Virus record (IMG/VR): IMGVR_UViG_3300021373_002801
Span: 12,581 to 76,580 of that record
Strand: one strand, 5' to 3'
Length of the DNA: 64,000 nucleotides
Source of the DNA: a virus
Part shown: positions 44,801 through 54,294 of the stretch, piece after piece
Layout of the letters: every line of letters begins with the position of its first letter
Numbering within the stretch: position 1 is the first letter of the stretch
The notes under the pieces: generated by a model
Seen by the model: only the letters and a program-made list of their open reading frames with translations
Databases searched by the model: none
Told to the model about the DNA's origin: nothing
Made by a program: the position numbers and the translations under genes

Positions 44801-47608
44801 GGTACACTAACACTAACTGGTGATTTTAATCAAACAGGAAATTACACACTTACAGAAGATTTAACAGTTGGACAAAATCTAACTGTTGGTGCAGCAGCGC
44901 AATTTGAAGAAATATTAATCGATGATAACTTTATTACTACAACTACCTCAAACACAGACTTAGAGTTACGTGCTAATGGAACAGGTGAAATACTTGTACC
45001 AAACAACGATGTAAACATTACCAACGACTTAGCAGTCACAGGCGATATTAGTGCTAACAACCTAACAGTCACAGCAAACATAACCAGCACAGATGCAAAC
45101 ATCGGCGATGTGCAAATTAGCGGAACAACCGTTGAAGCAACTGCTACAAACGCAGACCTAGAACTACGTGCAAACGGTACAGGTATTATTAGCATACCGT
45201 CAAATGATGTTACTCTAGGACAAGCACTTACAGTAAGTGGTGCTACAGACTTACAAGATCTAACTGTTACTGGTACACTAACACACACCGGTGATACAAC
45301 ACAGACTGGTAATTATACAATTACTGGACAGTTTAGTAATGGCGATATCCAAATAGATGCTAATACAATTGAAACTACACTTTCAAATAGTAACCTAGAA
45401 CTACGTGCAAATGGCAGCGGCGTTATCAGCGTACCAACCAACAATGTTACAATTACAAACAACTTAGATGTAGATGGTATTACTAACCTAGACGATACAA
45501 ATATCGACGGCACACTAACACACGTTGGTGACACTACACAAACTGGCAACTACACAATTACTGGACAGTTTAGCAATGGCGATATTCAAATAGATGCCAA
45601 CACAATTGAAACTACTGTTTCGGATAGTGATTTAGAGTTACGTGCTAATGGCAGTGGTACAATAAATGTACCTAGCAACGATGTTACATTCAGCCAAGCA
45701 CTTACAGTAAGTGGTGCTACAGATTTACAGGATACAAATATTACTGGTACAGTTACACACGTTGGTGATACTGTTCAGACTGGTAACTTTACTATTGGCG
45801 GCGAAATATCAAATGGTAATATACTGATTGAAGATAATTTTATTGCTACCACTGCTTCAAACGCAGACCTAGAACTACGTGCAGCAGGAACAGGTGAAGT
45901 ATTAATACCAAACAATGATGTTAGAATTACTAATAACTTGTTTGTTAACGGTGATGCTACACTAGGTGATACAACACTTACAGGTAATGTTAATATCACA
46001 GGTGATATCACACAAACTGGTGATTACTCAATCACTAGCGATTTATCAGTAGGCGGCAACTTAACTGTAACACGTTCTGCACAGTTTGAAGAAATACTAA
46101 TTGATGATAATTTTATCACAACAACTACGTCAAACACAGATTTAGAATTACGTGCTAATGGAACTGGCGATGTTCTTATTCCAAATAATGATTTACATAT
46201 TACTAATGATTTAGCAGTAGACGGAACAATTACTGTAGGTGATATTAATAGTGCAGGTACTATTACTGCTAATAGATTTAGTACCGGCGATATACTAATT
46301 GATGATAATTTTATTACAACAACCACAAGCAACAGTGACTTAGAACTACGTGCTAATGGCACAGGTGATGTTGTAGTTCCAAGTAACGATGTTACACTAG
46401 AACAGGATCTAACAGTTAACGGAGATACTGATTTAGAAGATACTTCTGTTACTGGAACAATCACACACGTTGGCGACACTACACAAACTGGTGATTATGA
46501 TCTAACTGGAAATCTAACTGTTTCAGGAGATGTAAACAGCAATGGCGTACAACTTGAAAATATACAACTTGTTGGAAATGTACTAACTACTACACTTTCA
46601 AACTCGGATTTAGAACTACGTGCTAACGGAACTGGCAGTATTGTTATTCCAAACAATAATGTTGAAATCACAGGCGATCTAACAGTTAATGGCACACTAA
46701 CTGTAACAGACATTGACAGCATTGGACAAATTGCTGCTAATACTTTTCATACCGGCGATATACTTGTAGATGACAATTTTATTACTACAACAAACTCAAA
46801 CAGTGACTTAGAGTTACGTACATCTGGTACCGGAAGCATTGTAATCGATGACTTTACTTTCCAAAGCAGCACAATTAGTTCAACTGGTGATATAACACTT
46901 AGCCCAAGTAGCGAAGCAGTTATTATTGATGCTACAGGATCACTCAAATTACCGTCCGGTAACACAAGCCAACGTCCAACAGGAGTAGCGGGTCAAATTA
47001 GATATAACTCAGAGCTTGCTAGATTTGAAGGATATAACAGTTCTAATTGGATTAATCTAAAAGGTGTAGAAGACTTAGACGGTGATACTAAGGTTACAGC
47101 TGAATTAACTGAAGGTGCAAATGACGATAAAATTAGATTTTATAATGCAGGAGTACTAACTGTAGACATTGATGCAAATAGATTAAATGCACCAAAAGTA
47201 GTCGTAGATGACATTACCATTGACGGTAATTTGATAAGTACAACTACAAATAATACTGATTTAGAATTAACTGCAAATGGTAGTGGTTCTGTTAAGTTTG
47301 ATAACTTTGCATTTAAAGATAACACTATTACTAACACTGTTTCTGATAGTGTAACAACTTTTGAAGCAACTGACAATGGTTATGTAAAGTTTGATGGAAC
47401 ATATGGTTTAGTTATACCAGCAGGTGGAAACGCACAACGTCCACCGTTAGCAAATACTGAATTAGGACAGCTACGTTGGAATACAGATGCAGCAAGAACA
47501 GAAATATATGATGGAACAAACTGGGTAAGTGTAGCAGGTTCAAGTGCAGGTATATCAAGAGCAGACGCAGAAAACATTGCATTTGAGATTGTATTGAGTT
47601 TAGGATAA
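41843..47608 (+). CDS. Long tail-fibre-like structural protein (beta-helix domain plus tandem DLELRANGTG repeats)
   Basis: 1921 aa. GAGGAG RBS. VPAGVTVKGENLRS beta-helix start; repeat array; C-terminal PxGxxxQRP modules. Confidence 0.8.
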   Translation: MSALGRISGPLLKSNLIRNGIDLAFETDLLYLDVNNQRIGVKTTNPQYELDVTGTTRTTNLIVTNRADIGDVNIQNNTIWSDGQYLNLGTLDNVIYQNKLRVDDIDIEGNVISTNTSNSNLELRPNGTGTVEVLSDMNVSGNIHATGNISADGNITLGDADTDNVTFNAEIASNIIPDQDRTYSLGTAGTEYASGTDYTIGDATIVISSGTGTLSVPAAGVAWIDDVTSETTGYYYLITIEAQIGTRYAATTTANWTGSNPQTVTVNIPGAPDGTYNVVQINKDAKRWDDIWVKNIRTDGINTGTIVVDGINLTLRQGNIYYVSENGDDTNYGDHPQDPFASLSYALSVAAIDIGNGELPPTIHITPGVYTETFPLTVPAGVTVKGENLRSVKIVPTTETRYNDAFLLNGETTVEDVTVADFYSGGVFTNALSGGIGDTLVNVGTAPFAHTYVSGGTIEIAGTEYNISNAIYIHQNGILEIFHSGPGATIGDPVFIKGLVFSCNGGTRTFPDNGYAFRFATDFQVTSRSPYIKNVSVITKGSTVTADDPRGFLSGDAGKGAYVDGAYATAASREAAMLFHSATFITPGVDALTATNGARIEWLNSFTYFANRGLYAFDSNDGLKGAGKTRIRLSGLSGTAPAASQTVTFTSTDSSTVVGPLTIESVEGGDILIVDGKDTDLIGFDTTPASITFSGGGTATKIENVDVKDFGAEIRMIGSASVYGNFGLVGDGEGVLVYAIGHNLAYIGNGKEVTNEPSSVIQANEVVETNGAQIRFNSVDHKGDFRVGDLFYVNQETGSAAFSVSDFIINTSNGVSFNTGSDTTFVDGTKVETGDWRFSGNTVETLTQDANFAAASGTINLQDNTNITGDLDVTGNVTIGGNITIGDEATDTIQFVAGIDSDIVPRLDSTYSLGTASKTWSNLYANQVNVDDIQIRDNYITTTVSNSDLELRASGTGEVRVPSNDVQIDNDLTVDGTVTLANTSITGTLTLTGDFNQTGNYTLTEDLTVGQNLTVGAAAQFEEILIDDNFITTTTSNTDLELRANGTGEILVPNNDVNITNDLAVTGDISANNLTVTANITSTDANIGDVQISGTTVEATATNADLELRANGTGIISIPSNDVTLGQALTVSGATDLQDLTVTGTLTHTGDTTQTGNYTITGQFSNGDIQIDANTIETTLSNSNLELRANGSGVISVPTNNVTITNNLDVDGITNLDDTNIDGTLTHVGDTTQTGNYTITGQFSNGDIQIDANTIETTVSDSDLELRANGSGTINVPSNDVTFSQALTVSGATDLQDTNITGTVTHVGDTVQTGNFTIGGEISNGNILIEDNFIATTASNADLELRAAGTGEVLIPNNDVRITNNLFVNGDATLGDTTLTGNVNITGDITQTGDYSITSDLSVGGNLTVTRSAQFEEILIDDNFITTTTSNTDLELRANGTGDVLIPNNDLHITNDLAVDGTITVGDINSAGTITANRFSTGDILIDDNFITTTTSNSDLELRANGTGDVVVPSNDVTLEQDLTVNGDTDLEDTSVTGTITHVGDTTQTGDYDLTGNLTVSGDVNSNGVQLENIQLVGNVLTTTLSNSDLELRANGTGSIVIPNNNVEITGDLTVNGTLTVTDIDSIGQIAANTFHTGDILVDDNFITTTNSNSDLELRTSGTGSIVIDDFTFQSSTISSTGDITLSPSSEAVIIDATGSLKLPSGNTSQRPTGVAGQIRYNSELARFEGYNSSNWINLKGVEDLDGDTKVTAELTEGANDDKIRFYNAGVLTVDIDANRLNAPKVVVDDITIDGNLISTTTNNTDLELTANGSGSVKFDNFAFKDNTITNTVSDSVTTFEATDNGYVKFDGTYGLVIPAGGNAQRPPLANTELGQLRWNTDAARTEIYDGTNWVSVAGSSAGISRADAENIAFEIVLSLG
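44630..46850 (+). repeat. Intragenic tandem repeat array, 10 copies of a (D/N)LELR-anchored unit
   Basis: Anchors at 44684, 44957, 45155, 45392, 45629, 45866, 46139, 46337, 46607 and 46805. Confidence 0.9.
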
Positions 47609-47611
47609 GAT

Positions 47612-47941
47612 ATGGCAACATTATTTAAAAATAAAGTAGTAAACAACATAGGAGTAGTACCTGTTGATGTATACGAAACTGATGCGAGCACTCGTGCAAC
47701 AGTAATTGGTATGAGTTTAACAAATCTAACACAAAGTTTTGTATACGTAGATGTACTAATGCAAGACGATACTAGTGTAACAGGGTATTACTTAAAAGAA
47801 ACATTGCTTCCGGCAAATACTAGTTTGCGAGTTGTAGCTACAGGTGAAAAATTAATTATAGCACCAAGTAATAAATTACAAGTGCGTTCGAGCATTGACG
47901 ACAGTGTTGATGTTGTGTTAAGTTTTGTGGAGATTGTATAA
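47612..47941 (+). CDS. Small (109 aa) virion-module protein, probably a distant relative of the 107/111-aa proteins
   Basis: Similar size and pattern (VY...ATVIGMSLTN...LPAN.SL...DVVLSFVEI). Confidence 0.75.
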   Translation: MATLFKNKVVNNIGVVPVDVYETDASTRATVIGMSLTNLTQSFVYVDVLMQDDTSVTGYYLKETLLPANTSLRVVATGEKLIIAPSNKLQVRSSIDDSVDVVLSFVEIV

Positions 47942-48315
47942 TGAGTCATTATATAGGTAATAGTCCAGAATCAATTGTTCAAGGATTTATTAAACAATAT
48001 TTTTATGGTATGCGTAGAAACGACGATGGTGAATTGTTCTTAGTTAGACAAGATCAGTTAAGCGGTCAAGGTACTGTAACTGTAAATGATATCGGAATTG
48101 GCGCAAACAACTATCCTGACTTTGAAGAAGGCATTGACTTTCTTGAAGGTATAGATGCAGATCATAACATAGTCTATGAAAATTTACGTTACCAACAAAT
48201 TAAATGGGATGGTAGATTGTTAACATATTACATCGATCCAACTGACGGACAATTTATTGTAAGAATATCAGAAGATTATCAATACCCTGAGAATATCTCA
48301 GGACCGGGGTACTAA
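47941..48315 (+). CDS. Small virion-module protein (124 aa), paralog of 1..260
   Basis: TAATG-coupled to the upstream gene; aligns with the truncated first ORF. Confidence 0.85.
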   Translation: MSHYIGNSPESIVQGFIKQYFYGMRRNDDGELFLVRQDQLSGQGTVTVNDIGIGANNYPDFEEGIDFLEGIDADHNIVYENLRYQQIKWDGRLLTYYIDPTDGQFIVRISEDYQYPENISGPGY

Positions 48316-48325
48316 GGAATAGAAA

Positions 48326-51300
48326 ATGGCAGAATTTAAACTAGAAAGATTTAAGTACAATTGGAGAGGTGACTGGGTAACAGGAACAGCATACAAACGT
48401 GACGACATAGTAAGAGTCAGCGGCAAGAGTTATGTTTGTATAATTACTCACGCAGCAAGTGCAAACTTTAGAGATGACTTAGATGCTATCCTTCCAGGTT
48501 CAGTGCCTCCCCAAGCATTACCTCGATGGACAGTAATGACAAACGGTTTTAGTTTTGTCGGAGATTGGCAGGAAAATACAGTATATGATTTAGGCGATAT
48601 AGTAAAGTTTCAAGGTTCTCTATGGAGATGTACTATAAATCATACAGGATCGTCATTTGCAGGTGATATAGCTAATTGGACAGCATTTAGTCAAACAACG
48701 AGTTTTGTTGGTCCTTGGGCTTCGTCTACCTCGTACGCAGCAGGCGCAGTTGTAAGTTATAACGGAAATGCTTATAAATGTCTAACTGCTCACGCATCGT
48801 CGTCAACACTAGAAGATAATATAGACGATTGGGAATTATATCGAGCAGGCACAGCTTGGGTTGGCGAGTTTGCCCCAAGCACAGTATATAGAATAAATGA
48901 TCTTGTTAAATATGGCGGGACTATATTTCGTTGTATAGAAACACATACATCAGATACAACACTAGACGATACTAAATTTACTGTAGAAATATTTGGTAGT
49001 GAATATAACGGAGTTTGGAATAGTACTACAGTTTATAACATAGGAGATATTGTAAGACACGAAGGATTCTCATATTACGCAGTTAATAATAACACAGACT
49101 CTAAACCATATATTAGTTCCGACGGCGGAAGCACTGATTGGATAGTACTATCTAAGAATATAAATTTTGTAGGCTCCTGGACAGTTGACGGTGTTTATAA
49201 AACAGGTGATGTAGTATTGAGAGGCGGCAACTTGTATCTTGCATTGAGAGATATCGGTGGAGTATACGAAGAATCAGGTGGCGGTGATGGCATTGAAATT
49301 AATAGAACACTAATATCAGGAGAATTGCTAGACGGTAGTACACTTGATTATTTAGAAGCCGATACGTGGGAACTCTTAATACCAGGCAAAAGTTTTAAAA
49401 ATTATTGGAGTAGTGGAACAACATACAGTGTTGGCGATGTAGTATTATTTAAAGGAACAGCATATACTTGTAATACAGAACACGCAGCTAGTTTTGTAAA
49501 TTTTCCAGGTGATAACGGCAGCGGATATGAATATTGGACTATTTTAATCCAAGCTGGCCAACCTGCTGCACTCGAAGTTAAAGGTGACTTATTAACCTTT
49601 GGTCCTAATAGACAAATTGACAGTGCTGGTGACAGATTACAAGATGGAAGTACTGTTTTTGACGACAGTAGTTTAGGTGATACTAGATTAGGTATCGGAA
49701 ATAATGGACAACTATTATCAGTGTCGTCTGATCTAGAAGCGTTTTGGAGAAATATACAAGAAGATGCCGATTCAATATGGGTTGCAACTAACGGTATAGA
49801 TGACGAAGATAGAGGAACGTTTCAAAAACCATTCCGTACAATTAGATACGCAGCAGAATATGTAGAAGATACCTTTGCTGCAGGCACACCAGTAATTATT
49901 AGAGTAAGTACAGGGAAATTTGAAGAAGTATCGCCAATCGTTGTTCCGGCAGGCTGTGCAATTAACGGAGACGAACTACGTTCTACTACAGTATTAGCAA
50001 ATAGCCCTATCACAAAATATTTAGATAACTATCAGTATGCAACTGCATATTTTACACATTTTACATCTATAATAGCTGATATTGTAACAGCACAAGAGAT
50101 AGTCCCTCAAACCGGAAATGAAGAACCTCAAGTGCGACAAATATTAACACCTATCATAGATGAATCTACAGGAGAACAAGCAGTAGATCAGATTACCGGT
50201 GAACTTCGATTTAATGATTCATTTCCGGCATCAAATATAGCAGGAGCTAACTTAGTACTTGATTTAATAACTGATTGGAAAAACTATGTAGAATTTAATA
50301 CAGCCGACGGCGAAGTATCGCCTACTTTAGTAGGTTCTAATACTTTAAATAGTGACTTTACAATTAGTAATGCTGGTGAAGCATTACATCTTAATAAGAA
50401 ATTTATAGCGCAGGAACTATTGTCATATTTACAAAATACTTACCCTGCTGTTACATTTGATGAATTACAAATTAAAAACGATGTAAAACATTTTTTACGT
50501 GCAGCTAGAAGAGATACAAAGTATTCAGGAAATTATGCTACACTACTTTCAGCACAACGATATGCTAACTCAATTAAAGGCAGCCAAACAACAAACTTAT
50601 TTTATATGCGAGACACTACTGGCTTAAGAGATATAACCACTGGCGGCTTACAAGGCGTATTAAATCCACCGGGTGTATTTGAATTGTATCAAAAGCCAAC
50701 AGGCGGAGCACTTGTAAGTCTTGATCCAGGTTGGGGGCCAACGGACGAACGAACTTGGATTACTACACGTTCGCCATACATACAAGGTGTTACAAACACC
50801 GGGTTTGGATGTGTAGGGATGAAAGTAGACGGTGCGCTACACAATGGCGGTAATCGTTCAATGACAGCTAATGACTTTACACAAGTATTAAGTGACGGCA
50901 TTGGTGCGTGGATTACAAATAATGCTAGAGCAGAACTTGTATCTGTATTTACTTACTACTGTCAAATTGGTTATTTTGCAGAAGACGGCGGAATTATTCG
51001 AGCAGCAAACGGCAACAACTCGTACGGACGTTATGGGTCAATTGCAGATGGCATTGATGATACTGAAGTACCACAGATTACAGAAGCATTTAACAGGAAT
51101 AATCAAGCAACAGTATCAGAAGCGTTTGCAGGTGGCGCAACTGACGAAATTAAAATATTTGAATACTCAAATGCAGGCGAAGAATATACAACTGCTAGTG
51201 CAACTATAACAGGTGCAGGTGCAAATGCTAGTGTAGAATATACTGATTTTAGAGATGGCGGCCTATTTGAAGAAAGATTAATTAGTGCAGACGGATCTAG

Positions 51301-54238
51301 TAAAGCTGGCGGCGCAGGATATCTAAGACGTCAAGGAAATGCACAAGAAACTGCTGATGCAAGTAGTAGTATCATACTTGCTGCTACAGACGCAACACAA
51401 TTTTTATCAGAAATTGACGGTATGAGAATTACTATCACAGCCGGTGTCGGCGTTGGACAATACGGATACATAACTGGTTTTAATTTTGCTACTAGAACTG
51501 TTACAGTTGCTAGAGATAGCGATGATGTAGCAGGTTGGGAACATTTAATACCAGGAACACCGTTAGTAACATCATTTGATTTAACTACTCGCTATAGAAT
51601 AGAACCAAGACTAACAGTCCCGTTACCAGCATATAGTACAACTAGTGCTAACTTGTTTACAAACAGAACATACGTAGATATGGAGTTTGGACCATTTACG
51701 GATTCGTACACCGGCGTTACAGGCGGAGGCAATGTAATATGGAGAGACGACACTGAAACTAGAATTACAGTTAGTTCTGTAGTTAGTGATGTAGCAATAC
51801 AATTTAATGCAAATTTATCAGCAAATCCGTTAACACCTTTTAATATAAAAGGCAGAACATCTGGAGCAACAGCAACAGTTGTAACAATTAGTGCAAATAC
51901 TGAAACTCTTATAGAAGTTGATGTAGAATCAGGAGGATCTAATTTTGTTGTAGGCGAAGAAATAGATCTAATACTTACATCAGGTACAGGCGATACATTT
52001 GACGGTGCCCCTATAAATGCTATTTTTAATGTAACTAGAACCGGAACAACATATAATGTAAATTTAAGTAGTGGAGGCGCAGGATATCAACCTAATGACA
52101 AAATCACAATACTAGGAACTGCACTAGGAGGAACGACCCCAGCAAATGATTTAACAATTACAGTTAATACAGTTTCGGATGACAGTACAAGTAGTATACT
52201 AACATATTCAAGTGTTGGTACTGGCAGAGGCGGCAGATTTGTTTCTCTAACTAGTATACAAAATGCAAGATGGAGCGATGACGGGTCTGATTGGACCGAA
52301 GTTAGTCTACCATTTAATGCTACAATGACAAGTTTGTCAACAGGTAATAATAGATTTATTGCAACTGCTGCAAATGAATCTCGAATAGCACTTTCATTTA
52401 CAGGTATTGCCTGGTTAGAAAGAACGCTGCCGTTGTCGTTATATTGGTCAGATAGTACATATGGTAATGGTAAATTTGTAATAATTGCTAATGACGATGA
52501 TAGGGTTTTATCTAGTGCAGACGGAACAACCTGGACTGAAGGTAGTATTCCAAATGACACTGACGGCGGCGTAGACAGTACCACAAGCGTGTGGACTAGT
52601 GTAACTTACGGTGCAGGCAAATATGTTGCAATATCGTCGAGCGACGGAGCAACAGCAACAAGTACAGACGGTATAACTTGGACAAGGCACGATAGCGCCA
52701 TAGATTTTAATCCAAATCGTATCGAATACGGTAATAATAGATTTGTTGTAGCATCAGCTGCTGACGGCGAGACAGCTTATAGTTTTGATGGTATAACTTG
52801 GTATACCAATGCAGATACCTTTAGTGATGTATCTGCTATAACATACCAAGTTACTGGCCTCAAATACGCAAATGGTGTATTTGTTGCAATTGGAACAGAT
52901 ACCGGAGCAGCAACTAATATTATATTTGTTAGCGAAGACGGTTTACAATGGACACAAAGAACTGTTTCAGATAATCATATTTGGGGTGCATTAACATATG
53001 GAAATGCGCAATGGTTTATAAAAGCAAATGCAGGAACTACAAATGCAGTTGCTATAGTAAACACAGGAGCAAGAGCTAAATTAAGAGCAGATCTTAATGT
53101 AGGATCTATGTCTGAAATTAGAGTTATTGATCCAGGTAGTGGTTATAATATATTAAGCCCTCCTACAATAACTATTACAGATCCTAATGTAACATTTAGT
53201 GCAGCTACAGAAAGTAGAATAGGTAATAAAGTTCTTTCACAACCAGACTTTATAAATCGTGGTGCAGGATATAGAAATACTACAAGTACGATTACAATTA
53301 CTGGAGACGGATTTGCTGATGATATCCCCGTTGGTAATATTCTTACAGTTTCTGGTATACAAAGCATACCGGGTCCTGGCGTACAGATTTCAATTGCAGG
53401 TGTAGTAGATCCTAATGCATTAGAGCCGGGCACACTTGCTACATTTAGTGGAGTTAGTGTAACAGATCTGGGCGACGACGGGTTAGGAAATGAAACTAAA
53501 CTAGTACAATTTCAAATATCGCCAAGGCTTGATGTGGAATATGTTGTGCCGCACGGAACACAAGTAACATTACGAGAAAAATATGCTCAATGTAGAATTA
53601 GTGGTCACGATTTCTTAGACATTGGTACAGGAAACTTTGTACAAACAAATTATCCAACTGTTTATTCAGGAGGTGCATTTTTTAGTGCGGCGCCTGAAAA
53701 CGAAGTTTACGAATCAAACGGCGGAAGAGTGTATTACGTAAGTACAGACCAAGATGGTAACTTTAGAACTGGTGAGTTATTCAGTGTTCAACAGGCAACA
53801 GGTGTTGTTACAATTAGTGCTGAATTCTTTGACTTGGATGGGTTGAGCGAACTGGCACTAGGCGGTGTGCGTTTAGGTGGTTCTGGTACTGTTGTTAATG
53901 AATTTAGTACAGATGGTACATTTAGTGCAGATTCAAACAATGTTATTCCAACACAAAGAGCTATTGTAACATTTCTTTCAGACAGATTAAGTGTTGGTGG
54001 AGAAAGCCTTGAAGTAAACAAACTGCAAGCTGGTAGAGTATTATTAGGCGGACTTGATGAAAACGAAATTAATACAAACACTGGACAGTATGTTATTATA
54101 CCTGCAGATGTTGTGTTTGACGGAACATTTGAATCTAATGACGGAGCAGGAAATATTACAACAAATCAAACAGCAGTATCAGGAACCATTGTAAGTCAAA
54201 TGCTAATGTTAAAACCGTTTGATGAAACAATGCAATAA
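48326..54238 (+). CDS. Giant virion structural/tail-appendage protein, paralog of 263..5848
   Basis: 1970 aa, colinear with the 1861-aa ORF from MAEF...RFKYNW to SQML. Confidence 0.8.
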   Translation: MAEFKLERFKYNWRGDWVTGTAYKRDDIVRVSGKSYVCIITHAASANFRDDLDAILPGSVPPQALPRWTVMTNGFSFVGDWQENTVYDLGDIVKFQGSLWRCTINHTGSSFAGDIANWTAFSQTTSFVGPWASSTSYAAGAVVSYNGNAYKCLTAHASSSTLEDNIDDWELYRAGTAWVGEFAPSTVYRINDLVKYGGTIFRCIETHTSDTTLDDTKFTVEIFGSEYNGVWNSTTVYNIGDIVRHEGFSYYAVNNNTDSKPYISSDGGSTDWIVLSKNINFVGSWTVDGVYKTGDVVLRGGNLYLALRDIGGVYEESGGGDGIEINRTLISGELLDGSTLDYLEADTWELLIPGKSFKNYWSSGTTYSVGDVVLFKGTAYTCNTEHAASFVNFPGDNGSGYEYWTILIQAGQPAALEVKGDLLTFGPNRQIDSAGDRLQDGSTVFDDSSLGDTRLGIGNNGQLLSVSSDLEAFWRNIQEDADSIWVATNGIDDEDRGTFQKPFRTIRYAAEYVEDTFAAGTPVIIRVSTGKFEEVSPIVVPAGCAINGDELRSTTVLANSPITKYLDNYQYATAYFTHFTSIIADIVTAQEIVPQTGNEEPQVRQILTPIIDESTGEQAVDQITGELRFNDSFPASNIAGANLVLDLITDWKNYVEFNTADGEVSPTLVGSNTLNSDFTISNAGEALHLNKKFIAQELLSYLQNTYPAVTFDELQIKNDVKHFLRAARRDTKYSGNYATLLSAQRYANSIKGSQTTNLFYMRDTTGLRDITTGGLQGVLNPPGVFELYQKPTGGALVSLDPGWGPTDERTWITTRSPYIQGVTNTGFGCVGMKVDGALHNGGNRSMTANDFTQVLSDGIGAWITNNARAELVSVFTYYCQIGYFAEDGGIIRAANGNNSYGRYGSIADGIDDTEVPQITEAFNRNNQATVSEAFAGGATDEIKIFEYSNAGEEYTTASATITGAGANASVEYTDFRDGGLFEERLISADGSSKAGGAGYLRRQGNAQETADASSSIILAATDATQFLSEIDGMRITITAGVGVGQYGYITGFNFATRTVTVARDSDDVAGWEHLIPGTPLVTSFDLTTRYRIEPRLTVPLPAYSTTSANLFTNRTYVDMEFGPFTDSYTGVTGGGNVIWRDDTETRITVSSVVSDVAIQFNANLSANPLTPFNIKGRTSGATATVVTISANTETLIEVDVESGGSNFVVGEEIDLILTSGTGDTFDGAPINAIFNVTRTGTTYNVNLSSGGAGYQPNDKITILGTALGGTTPANDLTITVNTVSDDSTSSILTYSSVGTGRGGRFVSLTSIQNARWSDDGSDWTEVSLPFNATMTSLSTGNNRFIATAANESRIALSFTGIAWLERTLPLSLYWSDSTYGNGKFVIIANDDDRVLSSADGTTWTEGSIPNDTDGGVDSTTSVWTSVTYGAGKYVAISSSDGATATSTDGITWTRHDSAIDFNPNRIEYGNNRFVVASAADGETAYSFDGITWYTNADTFSDVSAITYQVTGLKYANGVFVAIGTDTGAATNIIFVSEDGLQWTQRTVSDNHIWGALTYGNAQWFIKANAGTTNAVAIVNTGARAKLRADLNVGSMSEIRVIDPGSGYNILSPPTITITDPNVTFSAATESRIGNKVLSQPDFINRGAGYRNTTSTITITGDGFADDIPVGNILTVSGIQSIPGPGVQISIAGVVDPNALEPGTLATFSGVSVTDLGDDGLGNETKLVQFQISPRLDVEYVVPHGTQVTLREKYAQCRISGHDFLDIGTGNFVQTNYPTVYSGGAFFSAAPENEVYESNGGRVYYVSTDQDGNFRTGELFSVQQATGVVTISAEFFDLDGLSELALGGVRLGGSGTVVNEFSTDGTFSADSNNVIPTQRAIVTFLSDRLSVGGESLEVNKLQAGRVLLGGLDENEINTNTGQYVIIPADVVFDGTFESNDGAGNITTNQTAVSGTIVSQMLMLKPFDETMQ

Positions 54239-54259
54239 AAAACAAAGAGATTATATTAT

Positions 54260-54267
54260 GATAAATA
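54260..54267 (+). promoter_or_regulatory. Late promoter-like box GATAAATA
   Basis: Intergenic, upstream of 54295; paralogous to 5849. Confidence 0.65.
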
Positions 54268-54294
54268 TATACAACGTGCAAGTAGGAATATAAA

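Noticed and set aside
44630-46850. CRISPR-like array
   Set aside because: The repeats are degenerate, in-frame protein-coding units of 198-273 nt; there are no identical short repeats with unique spacers and no cas genes.
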